A stretch of 64,000 bases of DNA from Myxococcota bacterium. GTDB lineage: Bacteria; Myxococcota_A; UBA9160; UBA4427. Position 1 is the first letter of the stretch, and each line of letters opens with the position of its first letter. Under the pieces are notes generated by a model, which was given only the letters and a program-made list of their open reading frames with translations, was not told the DNA's origin and made no database searches. The translations under genes were made by a program, and so were the position numbers. The stretch is taken from NCBI GenBank assembly GCA_029243605.1, contig JAQWRT010000069.1, positions 22,926 to 86,925 of the forward strand. Reading direction: 5' to 3'. Below, in pieces: positions 9,320 through 17,935 of this stretch.

Positions 9320-11011
9320 ATGAATGCTGCCGTCCTCGCCGGAATCGTCTTCGTCGCCTTTAGCCTCGCCTACGCGCTCTACTCGAAATTCCTGGCGCGA
9401 CGAATCTTTGCCCTGGCCGAGGACGAGCCCGTCCCGTCCGAGGAATTCGAGGACGGAATCGATTTCGTCCCCACCCGCAAGAGCGTTCTCTGGGGACACC
9501 ATTTCGCCTCCATCGCCGGAGCCGCCCCCATCGTCGGGCCCGCCATCGCGGTGATCTGGGGATGGCTCCCGGCCCTGATCTGGGTCTGCCTGGGCACGGT
9601 CTTCATGGGCGCCACCCACGACTTCGCGGCCCTGGTCATCAGCGCTCGCCACCGGGGTCAATCCATGGGAGAGATCGCCGGCCACGTGATCAGCCCCCGG
9701 GTGCGAACCCTCTTCCTCCTGGTGATCACCCTGCTCATCTGGGTCGTTCTCGCGGTCTTCGCCTACATCATCGCCACCCTTTTCGTCTCGACCCCCAGCT
9801 CGATCTTCCCCATCAATGTTCAGATCGTGGTGGCCATGACCCTCGGCTGGCTGATCTACCGCCGGGGTATCCCACTCCTCGGCCCCTCGCTGGTGGGCTA
9901 TGCGATCCTCTTGGCGGCGATCTTCTACGGCGAGACCTTCGCCCAGAACTATCCCGCCATCGGCGAGGTCCCCGTGCTCACCTGGGTCTGGATCCTGCTC
10001 GGCTACTCCTTCGTGGCGTCTGTCCTTCCAGTCTGGCTGCTCCTCCAGCCCCGGGACTACCTCAACTCCCACCAGCTCGTGACCGCCCTGGTGCTGCTCC
10101 TCGCCGGGCTTTTCGTCCTCCAGCCCGCGGTGGTCGCCCCGGCGATCAACCCCTCACCGGAAGGCGCCCCTCCCCTCTTCCCCTTCCTCTTCGTCACCAT
10201 CGCGTGCGGTGCCATCTCGGGCTTTCACGGCCTGGTTTCATCGGGGACGACCTCCAAGCAACTCGCCCGAATGCCCGATGCCCGCCCGATCGGCTACGGC
10301 GGCATGCTCGCCGAGGGCATGCTCGGCCTGCTTGCGGTCCTGGCGGCCACCGCGGGCTTCGCGACCAGCGAGGAGTGGTGGCACCACTACTCGAGTTGGG
10401 GTGCGGCCAACGGCCTAGCTGCCAAATTGGATGCCTTCGTCTCCGGGGGCGCGATGTTCGTGGGCAGCCTCGGGATCCCGGTCAATACCGCCAAGACCCT
10501 GATGGCCGTGATCGTCATCGCCTTCGCGGCGACTTCCCTGGACACCGGGGCACGCATCCAGCGACTCGTGATCGCCGAACTCGCCGGCACCTACGGACTC
10601 AAGAGCCTAACCAACCGCTTCGCCGCCAGCGCCCTGGGAATCGCGGCGGCGCTCCTGCTGGCGGTGACCCAGGGAGGCGGTACCGGCGGATTGGCCCTTT
10701 GGCCTCTCTTCGGCACCACCAACCAACTCGTGGCCGCGGTGACTCTCCTCATCGTCTCGCTCTGGCTCCAGAGCCGGGGCCGACCCGTGATCTATACCGT
10801 GATCCCCATGCTGGCCGTCAGTTCTGTCACGGTCTGGGCGATGACGGGCAACCTCATCAATTATTTCGCGAATTTCAGCGAACTTTGGCTTCTCGCCATC
10901 TCGGGTTTGCTGATCCTGGTTCTCGTTTTTTGGATCATGCTCGAGGGCCTGGGGATGCTCGTTGCTGGGCGCGGCCAGACACCCGCCGTCGAGGCCGACG
11001 CTCCCTTCTGA
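9320..11011 (+). CDS. cstA: Carbon starvation protein A (peptide/pyruvate transporter family)
   Basis: The track ORF 9095-11011 has a non-membrane Arg/Pro-rich N-extension. The CstA-like sequence starts at the ATG at 9320: MNAAVLAGIVFVAFSLAYALYSKFLARRIF...VLWGHHFASIAGAAPIVGPAIAV. Confidence 0.88.
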   Translation: MNAAVLAGIVFVAFSLAYALYSKFLARRIFALAEDEPVPSEEFEDGIDFVPTRKSVLWGHHFASIAGAAPIVGPAIAVIWGWLPALIWVCLGTVFMGATHDFAALVISARHRGQSMGEIAGHVISPRVRTLFLLVITLLIWVVLAVFAYIIATLFVSTPSSIFPINVQIVVAMTLGWLIYRRGIPLLGPSLVGYAILLAAIFYGETFAQNYPAIGEVPVLTWVWILLGYSFVASVLPVWLLLQPRDYLNSHQLVTALVLLLAGLFVLQPAVVAPAINPSPEGAPPLFPFLFVTIACGAISGFHGLVSSGTTSKQLARMPDARPIGYGGMLAEGMLGLLAVLAATAGFATSEEWWHHYSSWGAANGLAAKLDAFVSGGAMFVGSLGIPVNTAKTLMAVIVIAFAATSLDTGARIQRLVIAELAGTYGLKSLTNRFAASALGIAAALLLAVTQGGGTGGLALWPLFGTTNQLVAAVTLLIVSLWLQSRGRPVIYTVIPMLAVSSVTVWAMTGNLINYFANFSELWLLAISGLLILVLVFWIMLEGLGMLVAGRGQTPAVEADAPF

Positions 11012-11041
11012 AAGCGCCGCCCGCCCCGTGAGCCCGGCGGC

Positions 11042-11665
11042 TTAGAGCGGTCCCTCGGAGCCCGAGTCGGGATGCGCGTCGAGCATTCGACGGGTCAGAG
11101 CATCCGTCGGCGAAAGCCAGATGAAATCCGCGTTGGCGGGTTCCGCGCCCGGGAGCAGGGCTCGGATCACGCCGAGGTGGCTCACCAGCACGATCCGTCC
11201 CGGAGGCGCACGATCCACAAGCCTTCCCACGCTCAGGCGCACTCGCCGACGAATCTCGCGCCGGCTCTCCCCTCCCGGCGGCCGAGCATCGGGATCACCC
11301 GCTTCAAAGCGTTCCAGTAATTCGGGATCTCGCGCCGCGATGGCCTCGCGCTGGAGCCCGGACCACTCGCCGATATCCAGTTCTCGGAGCCCCGGATCCA
11401 GAGTCGCAACCAGCCCCAACTTCGTCTCGAGGGGGGCGGCGGTCTGCCGGGTTCGCCCGAGATCGCTGCACGCCAGCAGGCCAACCCGAGCGCCGTCCAG
11501 ATCGGCTTCCAGGGCCAGGGCCAGGGCTTCGGCCTGAGCCCGGCCCAGGCGCGAGAGCGGCGGGTCGGCGTGGCCCTGCCAGCGACCCTCGGCATTCCAG
11601 TCGGTCTGTCCGTGGCGAACCAGGCAAAGCGAGCGGTCGGCGCTTTCGGCGGTGGGCTTTTCCAT
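11042..11665 (-). CDS. Histidine phosphatase family protein (phosphoglycerate mutase-like)
   Basis: The catalytic RHG motif is present in LVRHGQTDWNAEGRWQGHADPPLSRLG, with the downstream SDLGRTRQTA and VSHLGVIRAL. Confidence 0.85.
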   Translation of the reverse strand: MEKPTAESADRSLCLVRHGQTDWNAEGRWQGHADPPLSRLGRAQAEALALALEADLDGARVGLLACSDLGRTRQTAAPLETKLGLVATLDPGLRELDIGEWSGLQREAIAARDPELLERFEAGDPDARPPGGESRREIRRRVRLSVGRLVDRAPPGRIVLVSHLGVIRALLPGAEPANADFIWLSPTDALTRRMLDAHPDSGSEGPL

Positions 11666-11702
11666 GGGCGACGAAAACTAGCAGCCCCCGGCGCTTGAGC
11701 GC

Positions 11703-12314
11703 CTAGTCCGAGGCGACGGGGATCTCGGCCAAGGCCGGCGCCAACTCGGCGAACGCCCGGGCACGGTGGGAGATTTGGTCCTTCACCTCGGGGCCGAGTT
11801 CGGCCATGCTGCCCTCGAAGCCCTGGGGCTGAAAGACCGGGTCGTACCCGAAGCCCTCGTCTCCCCGAACGCTTGCCAGAATTCGCCCCGCACACTCACC
11901 CCGGGCAATCGCCTGCTCTCCCCCGGGCCCAACCAAAGCCACGACACAGACAAAGCGTGCCCCGCGCGCTTGTGCCTGGGGGAAGTCCTCCAACGCCCCC
12001 AGCAGCCGGACCACTCGGCCGGAGTCATCGAGGCCAGGGCCGCCATAGCGCGCCGACAGCGGGCCCGGAGCCCCGCCCAGAGCGTCGACCTCGAGTCCCG
12101 AATCATCGGCCAGGGCCCACTCCCCCAGCGCCTCGGCCACCGCTCGGGCCTTGGCCACGGCGTTGGCCTCGTACTCGGTTCCCTCTTCGGGGAAGACCAC
12201 CGGCGGCTGATCCGCCAACGAGAGAACCTCCACAGAGAGCCCCGCCAAGAGCGAACGGAATTCCTCAAACTTGCCCGGGTTCGAGGTCGCCGCGAAAACC
12301 CGCCCTCTGCCCAC
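11703..12314 (-). CDS. rdgB: dITP/XTP pyrophosphatase (RdgB/HAM1)
   Basis: VFAATSNPGKFEEF, DDSGLEVDALGGAPG and GFGYDPVF motifs. GTG start overlapping the rph stop by 1 nt. Confidence 0.9.
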   Translation of the reverse strand: MGRGRVFAATSNPGKFEEFRSLLAGLSVEVLSLADQPPVVFPEEGTEYEANAVAKARAVAEALGEWALADDSGLEVDALGGAPGPLSARYGGPGLDDSGRVVRLLGALEDFPQAQARGARFVCVVALVGPGGEQAIARGECAGRILASVRGDEGFGYDPVFQPQGFEGSMAELGPEVKDQISHRARAFAELAPALAEIPVASD

Positions 12315-13072
12315 TAGGACTCCGTCGTCGAGTCGGGGGCCTTCGGGGCCATTCCCGCCGATGCCAGGGCCTTCTCCTGAAGCAGGCTCAGGGAATGGAT
12401 GCCGTCGAGAGCCATGTTGGTGAGTTCCGAGAGTTGCTCTCGCGAGAACGTTCCGTCCTCGCCCGTCCCCTGGACTTCGACGAAGCGCCCACGGCCCGTG
12501 GCCACGACATTCATGTCGACTTCCGCCCGGGCATCCTCTTCATAGGGAAGGTCAAGCCGAACCTCGCCATCGATGATGCCCACCGAAATCGCCGCCACAC
12601 TGTCGCGCAGGGGATTGCGTTCAAGATCGCCTCTCGCTTGGATCCGGCCGCAGGCCAGTGCCAGGGCGGCGTAGGCCCCGGTGATCGAGGCGGTTCGCGT
12701 CCCGCCGTCCGCCTGGAGCACATCGCAGTCCACCCACAAGGACCGCTCACCGAGCGCCCGCATATCCACCACCGCCCGCAAGCTTCGGCCGATCAGTCGC
12801 TGGATCTCCATGGTTCGGCCCGATGCCTTACCCCGGGAGACCTCGCGCGTATTGCGAGTGTCGGTCGCCGCGGGGAGCATCGAATACTCGGCGGTCACCC
12901 AGCCCTCCCCTCGCCCGCGAAGCCAACGCGGCACACTCAACTCCTCGGAGACGGTGCAGAGAACCCGGGTCCGACCGAGGGAGCAAAGAACCGATGCCAG
13001 GGGGTTGTCCGTGAAGTCCACGATCAATTCGAGCGGACGAAGTTCGTCCGCGGCTCGTCCATCTCTACGCAT
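12314..13072 (-). CDS. rph: Ribonuclease PH
   Basis: MRRDGRAADELRPLELIVDFTDNPLASVLCSLGRTRVLCTVS...GKASGRTMEIQRLIGRSLR...DCDVLQADGGTRTASITGAYAAL. ATG at 13072. The track ORF extends to 13180 with a non-homologous extension. Confidence 0.92.
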   Translation of the reverse strand: MRRDGRAADELRPLELIVDFTDNPLASVLCSLGRTRVLCTVSEELSVPRWLRGRGEGWVTAEYSMLPAATDTRNTREVSRGKASGRTMEIQRLIGRSLRAVVDMRALGERSLWVDCDVLQADGGTRTASITGAYAALALACGRIQARGDLERNPLRDSVAAISVGIIDGEVRLDLPYEEDARAEVDMNVVATGRGRFVEVQGTGEDGTFSREQLSELTNMALDGIHSLSLLQEKALASAGMAPKAPDSTTES

Positions 13073-13127
13073 ACTTCCAGTCCACCCTCTCATCGCCCGT
13101 GTCGTCGGGCATTCATCTTCCAGGAAT

Positions 13128-13925
13128 TCAGCGGGCGGCCTGTCGGCCACCAGCGCCCTTTCGAATTCCCCGGCGCGCATCGTACCGCTTCCCGAAGGCC
13201 TCCACCGCCCTGCTCACCGAGAGGGCAATCGCCTCCCGGTGCGCCGGACTGCGCAATTCACCCTCGTCGCGAGCGTTGCTTAGAAATCCGATCTCCACCA
13301 ACACCGCCGGCATCTCGACGCCCATCAGGACGACAAAGGGGGCTTGTTTCACCCCCCGGGCGTCGCCCCCACCCAGACGCGCCAACTCCTGCTGGACGAG
13401 CTTGGCAAATTCGCTGGACTCGTGCAGATGCTCGGTCACCACCATATCCCCCAGCAAAGCCGCCAGAGGATCCTGGCTGGCTGGACCGGGTAAGGGCCCC
13501 TCAAAGGCGTCGTTCTCGCGCAGAGCCAGCCGCCCGGCCTGGGCATCGCTGGCATCCAGGGAGACGAAATAGGTTTCGACGCCGCTTGGGCGGGAGGTCT
13601 GGGCCGAGTTCGCGTGCACCGAGATAAAGAGGTCCGCGGTGGTGGCGTTGGCGAGCGAGGTCCGCCTCACCAGGGGTACATAACGATCCCCGTCCCGGGT
13701 CAGGTGAACTTTGAGTCCGCCCTTCCGGAGTCGGGCGGCAAGGCGCTGGCTCACATCGAGCACCACTTCTTTTTCCGCCAAGCCGTACCGGCTTCGCGCC
13801 CCGTGGTCGCGCCCGCCGTGTCCGGCATCGATAACCACCGTGTCAAAACCCGCTCCGCCCTGCCCGGCCGCCAGCGAAGGGAGTACGAGCCCGAGCGAAA
13901 GCAAAGTGACGGAGAGGAAGCCCAT
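13128..13925 (-). CDS. N-acetylmuramoyl-L-alanine amidase (Amidase_3 type), secreted
   Basis: VVIDAGHGGRDHGA, DLFISVHAN and VLVEIGFLSN motifs. The signal peptide MGFLSVTLLSLGLVLPSLAA begins at the ATG at 13925. The longest ORF reaches 14015. Confidence 0.88.
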   Translation of the reverse strand: MGFLSVTLLSLGLVLPSLAAGQGGAGFDTVVIDAGHGGRDHGARSRYGLAEKEVVLDVSQRLAARLRKGGLKVHLTRDGDRYVPLVRRTSLANATTADLFISVHANSAQTSRPSGVETYFVSLDASDAQAGRLALRENDAFEGPLPGPASQDPLAALLGDMVVTEHLHESSEFAKLVQQELARLGGGDARGVKQAPFVVLMGVEMPAVLVEIGFLSNARDEGELRSPAHREAIALSVSRAVEAFGKRYDARRGIRKGAGGRQAAR

Positions 13926-14155
13926 GGCATGCAGTGCCACGTCGACACCCTGGCCACCCCACCGGCGAATACAAGTCGAGCTCATCATGCAGGCGGCCCC
14001 CAAAGTCCGCACCACGATTTGGTACAGCTATTTCGTACCGCGCTCGTGCACCACCAACCGCTTTGGTAGGCCGCTCGGGAACGAACGAACCGGGGGGTCG
14101 TTCTCAGGGTATCATGCTCCCCACGGAAAAGCCCGATGGGAGCGAGCGTGATGTT

Positions 14156-14986
14156 CTAGCGACTGTCCGCAATCACGGTAAGGGGCGCTGATGGTGCACC
14201 CTCGCTCACCGTGTACTCCTGGGTGTCACTGAAGAGTTTTACGGGGATCCATCCGGGGAGCTCGGACATTCGGGGCATCCCCAGAGTCATCGCTCCCGTC
14301 GGATCGATTACCCAAGGATCCTCGGGATTCTCAAACCACAGGGTAACCATATGGTGCTGACCGTCGGACGAGCGATAGACGATGGCGCGAAAAACCTCAT
14401 CGGTTTCGAAACCAAGGTCGCGCAGAGCGTGAAAGGTCAGCAGTTCGAGCCCATCGCAATCGTCCCCGTTGTTTCGCAGGGTCTCTTCCAAGGTGGCCCA
14501 ATGATCGAGAGGACCATCCTCCACGTAGTGTTCGAGGGCCTGGGATTGGGTCCAGGCCGCCACCGAGCGCGCCATGGCGCGCTTCTGAGAGACTCGGAAC
14601 GCGCTGTACTTCGCGCGCAAATCCTCTTTTCCATCCGGGGACCCATTCGCGGCGACAGGGGCCTCAGACTCGGGCCCCGAGGCCTGGGGCAACGCCGTCG
14701 GCGCAACCGACTCAGCCACATCCAGGGGAAGCAATGCGGTCGGGGCCACTTCAGCGGGAGCCGCTTCAGAGACCGGGGGAGTCGCAACCTCCAAGGCGAA
14801 TCCCTCGGCTCGCTCGCGTCGCTGCCAGCCCGAAATCTTGGGGCTCCAAAGATCATCGGCAGAGGGGGCGGTGAAATACGCATAGCGATTCGACTTCATC
14901 GGTGCGGCCGCGCATCCAACGCCGAGCAAGCACGCCAGTGCAAGCGATGCGACACGCGAAAGTTTTTTATCCGCCGGGGAGGCCAT
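14156..14986 (-). CDS. Lipoprotein with C-terminal transglutaminase-like cysteine peptidase (BTLCP-like) domain
   Basis: Lipobox LLGVGC after a signal peptide. The C-terminal domain has a Cys-His-Asp arrangement: NGDDCDGLELLTFHALRDLG ... GQHHMVTLWF ... PWVIDPTG. This resembles the LapG/BTLCP family. Confidence 0.6.
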   Translation of the reverse strand: MASPADKKLSRVASLALACLLGVGCAAAPMKSNRYAYFTAPSADDLWSPKISGWQRRERAEGFALEVATPPVSEAAPAEVAPTALLPLDVAESVAPTALPQASGPESEAPVAANGSPDGKEDLRAKYSAFRVSQKRAMARSVAAWTQSQALEHYVEDGPLDHWATLEETLRNNGDDCDGLELLTFHALRDLGFETDEVFRAIVYRSSDGQHHMVTLWFENPEDPWVIDPTGAMTLGMPRMSELPGWIPVKLFSDTQEYTVSEGAPSAPLTVIADSR

Positions 14987-15146
14987 ACCGGGTGTATCGG
15001 CTTACCCCCGGATGGGGTTAAGCCAAAAGCAGAGCCCGGCCGCGAGTCAGCGTTCTTTCCTCGGCACTCTCGGAGGAATGAAGGCGTGTTAGCTAGGGTA
15101 AGACCTGACTTATCGATCGGCGTTCAAGTGGAACCGAGGCGGCAAC

Positions 15147-15329
15147 TCAGCCCGGAACCATGATATTGGCCGAATCGCAGGTCCCGATTACGCCGAAAAA
15201 GAGCAGGAAGAAGAGGATCATGCACGGGATGCCACCCAATACGTAGAGCCAGGAACCCAAGTCTCCGTTGGGCTTCGGTCCCTTCTCCTGCTCTTCAGGG
15301 GTCAGTTCCTTTTCTTTACTGACGGGCAT
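15147..15329 (-). CDS. Small hypothetical membrane protein (60 aa)
   Basis: A strong SD (AAGAGGAG) lies 9 nt upstream of the ATG. One clear TM helix (WLYVLGGIPCMILFFLLFFGVIG) follows an acidic/Lys-rich N-terminus. Confidence 0.5.
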   Translation of the reverse strand: MPVSKEKELTPEEQEKGPKPNGDLGSWLYVLGGIPCMILFFLLFFGVIGTCDSANIMVPG

Positions 15330-15509
15330 CTCTAGCGCTCCTCTTGCCGCATGACCTCTTGCGGAATGCGTGTCGCGGTCGCCTCCCGGCTCTCAGGGAG
15401 CCGATGGACCGATTGGTTCGGGGCGGCGCCATTTTAGCGGTAGCGCCCCCCCCTGCAAGCTGGGGGGGAGCAACGCAATGTTGCGTCCACTCCCGGCGAG
15501 CCCTGGGCC

Positions 15510-16094
15510 TTAGCGCGAAGCCTCCGGCCTGCGCCAAGACTCGGGAACCCCGGCGATGTCGGCCTCGATACTCAGATCTCGCTGGCGGAGACGGAGTTGC
15601 TGGAGTTTTTCCTTCCCGTCGCGTATCTGCTCCCGGTGCTTGAAGCTCATGGGAGAAACTTCGGTGTTGTTGCTCCCGGGAGCCCCCATCTTCCATTGCC
15701 CGCCCCCGTCGGACGACATGCCATCGAGCTCACCACGCGCCTCCGCCAGGCTCGCCTCGGTCTCCTCACGTTCGTTTGCGAGTTCGGCGAAGCGGGCTCT
15801 CCACTGGCTCGAAGTCATCCCCTGACGCCTCTCCTCTTCACCGCTCCAGCTCGAGGGCAGTTTCAGCAGGCTGTCCAGCCCAAGTCCGGGCACGGCCTCA
15901 GCAGGCGCCTCCCCACGGGACGGCTCCTCGACGGTCTCCCCGGTGATACTGAAATCCTGGACGGTGTCAGCACTCCGGGCCGGAACCGGGCCCCAGAGGC
16001 AAAGCCCCACGAACCAGGCCAAGCCAAAGACCACGGGTCGAGCGACCCCCAGTGGCCGTGCACATCGCGCTCCCCAGCTCCGCGTCAGCCTCAT
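15510..16094 (-). CDS. Hypothetical secreted protein with charged/coiled-coil C-terminal half
   Basis: 194-aa ORF with an ATG start and a signal-like segment VVFGLAWFVGLCLWGPVPARSA. The C-terminal half is rich in E/R/Q. No recognisable family. Confidence 0.5.
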   Translation of the reverse strand: MRLTRSWGARCARPLGVARPVVFGLAWFVGLCLWGPVPARSADTVQDFSITGETVEEPSRGEAPAEAVPGLGLDSLLKLPSSWSGEEERRQGMTSSQWRARFAELANEREETEASLAEARGELDGMSSDGGGQWKMGAPGSNNTEVSPMSFKHREQIRDGKEKLQQLRLRQRDLSIEADIAGVPESWRRPEASR

Positions 16095-16339
16095 GATCCC
16101 TGCCAGCTCCTCTCACGTGCACCCACCCGTGCACCTCCGGACTCTAGCCCAGAGGCGAAGAGCCACCGAGCCGGATCCAGGCGGACGGACGCCCCGCTCA
16201 AATCGACCTTACGGGTTCCGCCCACGGCGCCAACACCGAGAGAGGCCGCCCTGCCCTGGCTCGGCCATCGGGAGCGCGCGAAACCCAAAGCCGTGCGGCC
16301 TAGGGGCATGGCCCGAGGAGCGCTCCTCGCCGGGTCGCG

Positions 16340-16648
16340 TCAGCTGGTTTCCGAGGAGGCCGCATCGGCATCCTCGGGGGCCAAGACGGGCTCGGCTTCG
16401 ACAACGGCCTCATCGGCCAGGCTCGAAACTATCATGCCCTCGTCCAGGGGATCGATCACACGCTCCCCAGGCTTGACCTGAGACGCCGCGATTTCCCGCA
16501 GGGCAATCACCACCGCCTTATTGTCCAAGGCCTGAACCAGGGACGTGGCCCCGCGCTTGAGCTGCTTGGCTCGGGTCGCGGCCATTTGGACCAGATGAAA
16601 GCGGTTGGGAACCGCGTGCATGCAATCTTCGATGGTAATACGCGCCAT
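16340..16648 (-). CDS. rpoZ: DNA-directed RNA polymerase subunit omega
   Basis: [34 protein letters not shown] is the canonical RpoZ N-terminus. ATG at 16648. The track ORF is extended to 16723. Confidence 0.93.
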   Translation of the reverse strand: MARITIEDCMHAVPNRFHLVQMAATRAKQLKRGATSLVQALDNKAVVIALREIAASQVKPGERVIDPLDEGMIVSSLADEAVVEAEPVLAPEDADAASSETS

Positions 16649-16718
16649 GAGAGCCCCCTGGGAGATGATCTGGATTTCCGGGAGATGGCCCGGGAAGGGC
16701 GGCACCATAGGCCAAACC

Positions 16719-16759
16719 CGCAAACAAAGAAACCCCGGCTGACACGCCGTCAGCCGGGG
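16719..16759 (-). terminator. Rho-independent terminator downstream of the H1-like gene
   Basis: Perfect 11-bp stem CCCCGGCTGAC/GTCAGCCGGGG (16733-16743 / 16749-16759) with a 5-nt loop. On the minus strand it is followed by TTTCTTTGTTTG. Confidence 0.75.
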
Positions 16760-16813
16760 TCCTCTGGCTATCCAGCCAGGGAAGCTTCCCCGGCGGAATC
16801 AAGGTAGCAAGAG

Positions 16814-17137
16814 CTACCTCTTCTTCCTGCGAGCAGCCTTCTTCTTTTTCTTGGCCGCCTTTTTCTTGGTCGCCTTCTTCTTGGTCGCCTTCTTCTTGGC
16901 GGCCTTTTTCTTGGTCGCCTTCTTCTTGGCGGCCTTCTTCTTCTTCTTGGCGGCCTTCTTCTTGGTCGCCTTCTTCTTGGTCGCCTTCTTCTTGGCGGCC
17001 TTCTTCTTCGTGGCCTTCTTCTTGGCGGCCTTCTTCTTGGTCGCCTTCTTCTTCGTGGCCTTCTTCTTGGTGGCCTTCTTCTTGGTGGCCTTACGCTTGG
17101 CCGCCTTCTTCTTCGTGGCTTTCTTTCGAGCTGCCAT
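16814..17137 (-). CDS. Histone H1-like lysine/alanine-rich repetitive DNA-binding protein
   Basis: MAARKKATKKKAAKRKATKKKATKKKATKKKA... consists almost wholly of KKKAT/KKKAA pentapeptides. SD AAGGGGGG lies 8 nt upstream of the ATG at 17137, and a terminator follows. The longest ORF starts at 17161. Confidence 0.8.
   Translation of the reverse strand: MAARKKATKKKAAKRKATKKKATKKKATKKKATKKKAAKKKATKKKAAKKKATKKKATKKKAAKKKKKAAKKKATKKKAAKKKATKKKATKKKAAKKKKKAARRKKR
16820..17125 (-). repeat. Tandem 15-nt coding repeat (about 18 units) encoding KKKAT/KKKAA
   Basis: Plus-strand units ggtcgccttcttctt / ggcggccttcttctt recur head-to-tail through the H1-like CDS. There are no spacers, so this is not a CRISPR array. 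Confidence 0.9.
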
Positions 17138-17542
17138 TTGGGTCACCCCCCTTATTGTCAACGCTTACGCGCCGTGGATTCGATGCTGGCCCGAGCGATT
17201 TGCTCGGTTGTCGACTCTTCTTTCGTCAACACACGGTGAAGACTCATGGACTTGCCACTGATCTTCACCGGTCATCATCGGGCGAGAGGAAAAGGTGCTT
17301 TAACTCCTTTTGATCCCAATCCAAGGTCGTAGAGCGTTTGTTGCGGTTGATCCTAGAGCAACATTTTCGACCTAGTCAAGTAATTAGGCCAAAAAAAACA
17401 AAGACCTGGCTCACTGAACTGCAGTTGAAGCGAAGAAAAGTCAAAATTCAATCGTCGAAAAGGCGCGTCATCGAGCCGTTCTGTATGACCAAGAGTTCCC
17501 GATTCGAGAAGCGATACGACACTTGAACAATCCGTTCGAAAC

Positions 17543-17577
17543 AAAAAAAAGCGCCGATCCCGTTAAGGATCGGCGCT
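17543..17577 (-). terminator. Rho-independent terminator of the bS22-like gene
   Basis: 10-bp stem GCGCCGATCC/GGATCGGCGC (17551-17560 / 17567-17576) with a 6-nt loop. On the minus strand it is followed by eight T (17550-17543). It lies 30 nt after the stop codon. Confidence 0.85.
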
Positions 17578-17606
17578 TAATTGTCATTCCAAGGCGCGCG
17601 ACAGAG

Positions 17607-17693
17607 CTATTTCTTGTGCCTCTGGCGCTTCAAAAGCTTCCGTTGCTTGTGTTTGCGCATCTTCTTTCGTCGCTTCTTGATTACACTACCCAC
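17607..17693 (-). CDS. Small basic protein resembling ribosomal protein bS22 (AURKAIP1/COX24-domain family), 28 aa
   Basis: Below the ORF-track size cutoff. Minus-strand GTG at 17693 is preceded by AAAGAGGTGAAAAC. The translation is (M)GSVIKKRRKKMRKHKQRKLLKRQRHKK*. This closely matches my recollection of the mycobacterial bS22 sequence, MGSVIKKRRKRM.KKKHRKLL.RTR. A terminator follows. Confidence 0.8.
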   Translation of the reverse strand: MGSVIKKRRKKMRKHKQRKLLKRQRHKK

Positions 17694-17906
17694 GTTTTCA
17701 CCTCTTTGATCTTGATATTTCGTTATATCCGTCGTCACACGGTGTTTTTTGCTGAGTTACGCGAAAAACACCCCAAAAAAAAACGAGAGAACGGCGAGAA
17801 CCGAACGTTACTCCAACTGCCCGCGAGAGACCCGACCTGATCCTGGTCGCAAAGATCTCGGAGAAACTCGGTGCGTCTCTCCTTTGCCGCGTCGTTCGAC
17901 GGCCAA

Positions 17907-17935
17907 GATTTACTGACTCTGCCGCGGCAAGTCAA
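17907..17935 (-). promoter_or_regulatory. Sigma70-like promoter candidate (TTGACT-N17-TAAATC) facing the bS22-like gene
   Basis: Minus strand: TTGACT (17935-17930), a 17-nt spacer, then TAAATC (17912-17907). It lies in the AT-rich gap about 215 nt upstream of the GTG at 17693. Sequence match only. Confidence 0.3.

Noticed and set aside
9065-11031. 335-aa minus-strand ORF (9065-10072) and 489-aa plus-strand alternate-frame ORF (9562-11031) overlapping cstA
   Set aside because: Both have low-complexity Asp/Gly/Arg/Pro composition. The cstA frame gives a coherent polytopic membrane protein with CstA motifs, so these are frame artefacts of GC-rich DNA.
11873-13627. 584-aa plus-strand ORF across rdgB, rph and the amidase gene
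   Set aside because: It is Pro/Arg-rich and antisense to three well-supported minus-strand genes. It has no start context.
16820-17125. Possible CRISPR-like or minisatellite array
   Set aside because: The 15-nt units are contiguous without spacers and are in frame within a CDS. This is a coding tandem repeat, not a CRISPR array.
16851-17261. Plus-strand ORF encoding (FFLVA/FFLAA)n opposite the H1-like gene
   Set aside because: The minus-strand reading has an SD, an ATG, a terminator and a known protein class. The plus-strand poly-Phe/Leu/Ala product has no start context and runs into non-coding DNA.
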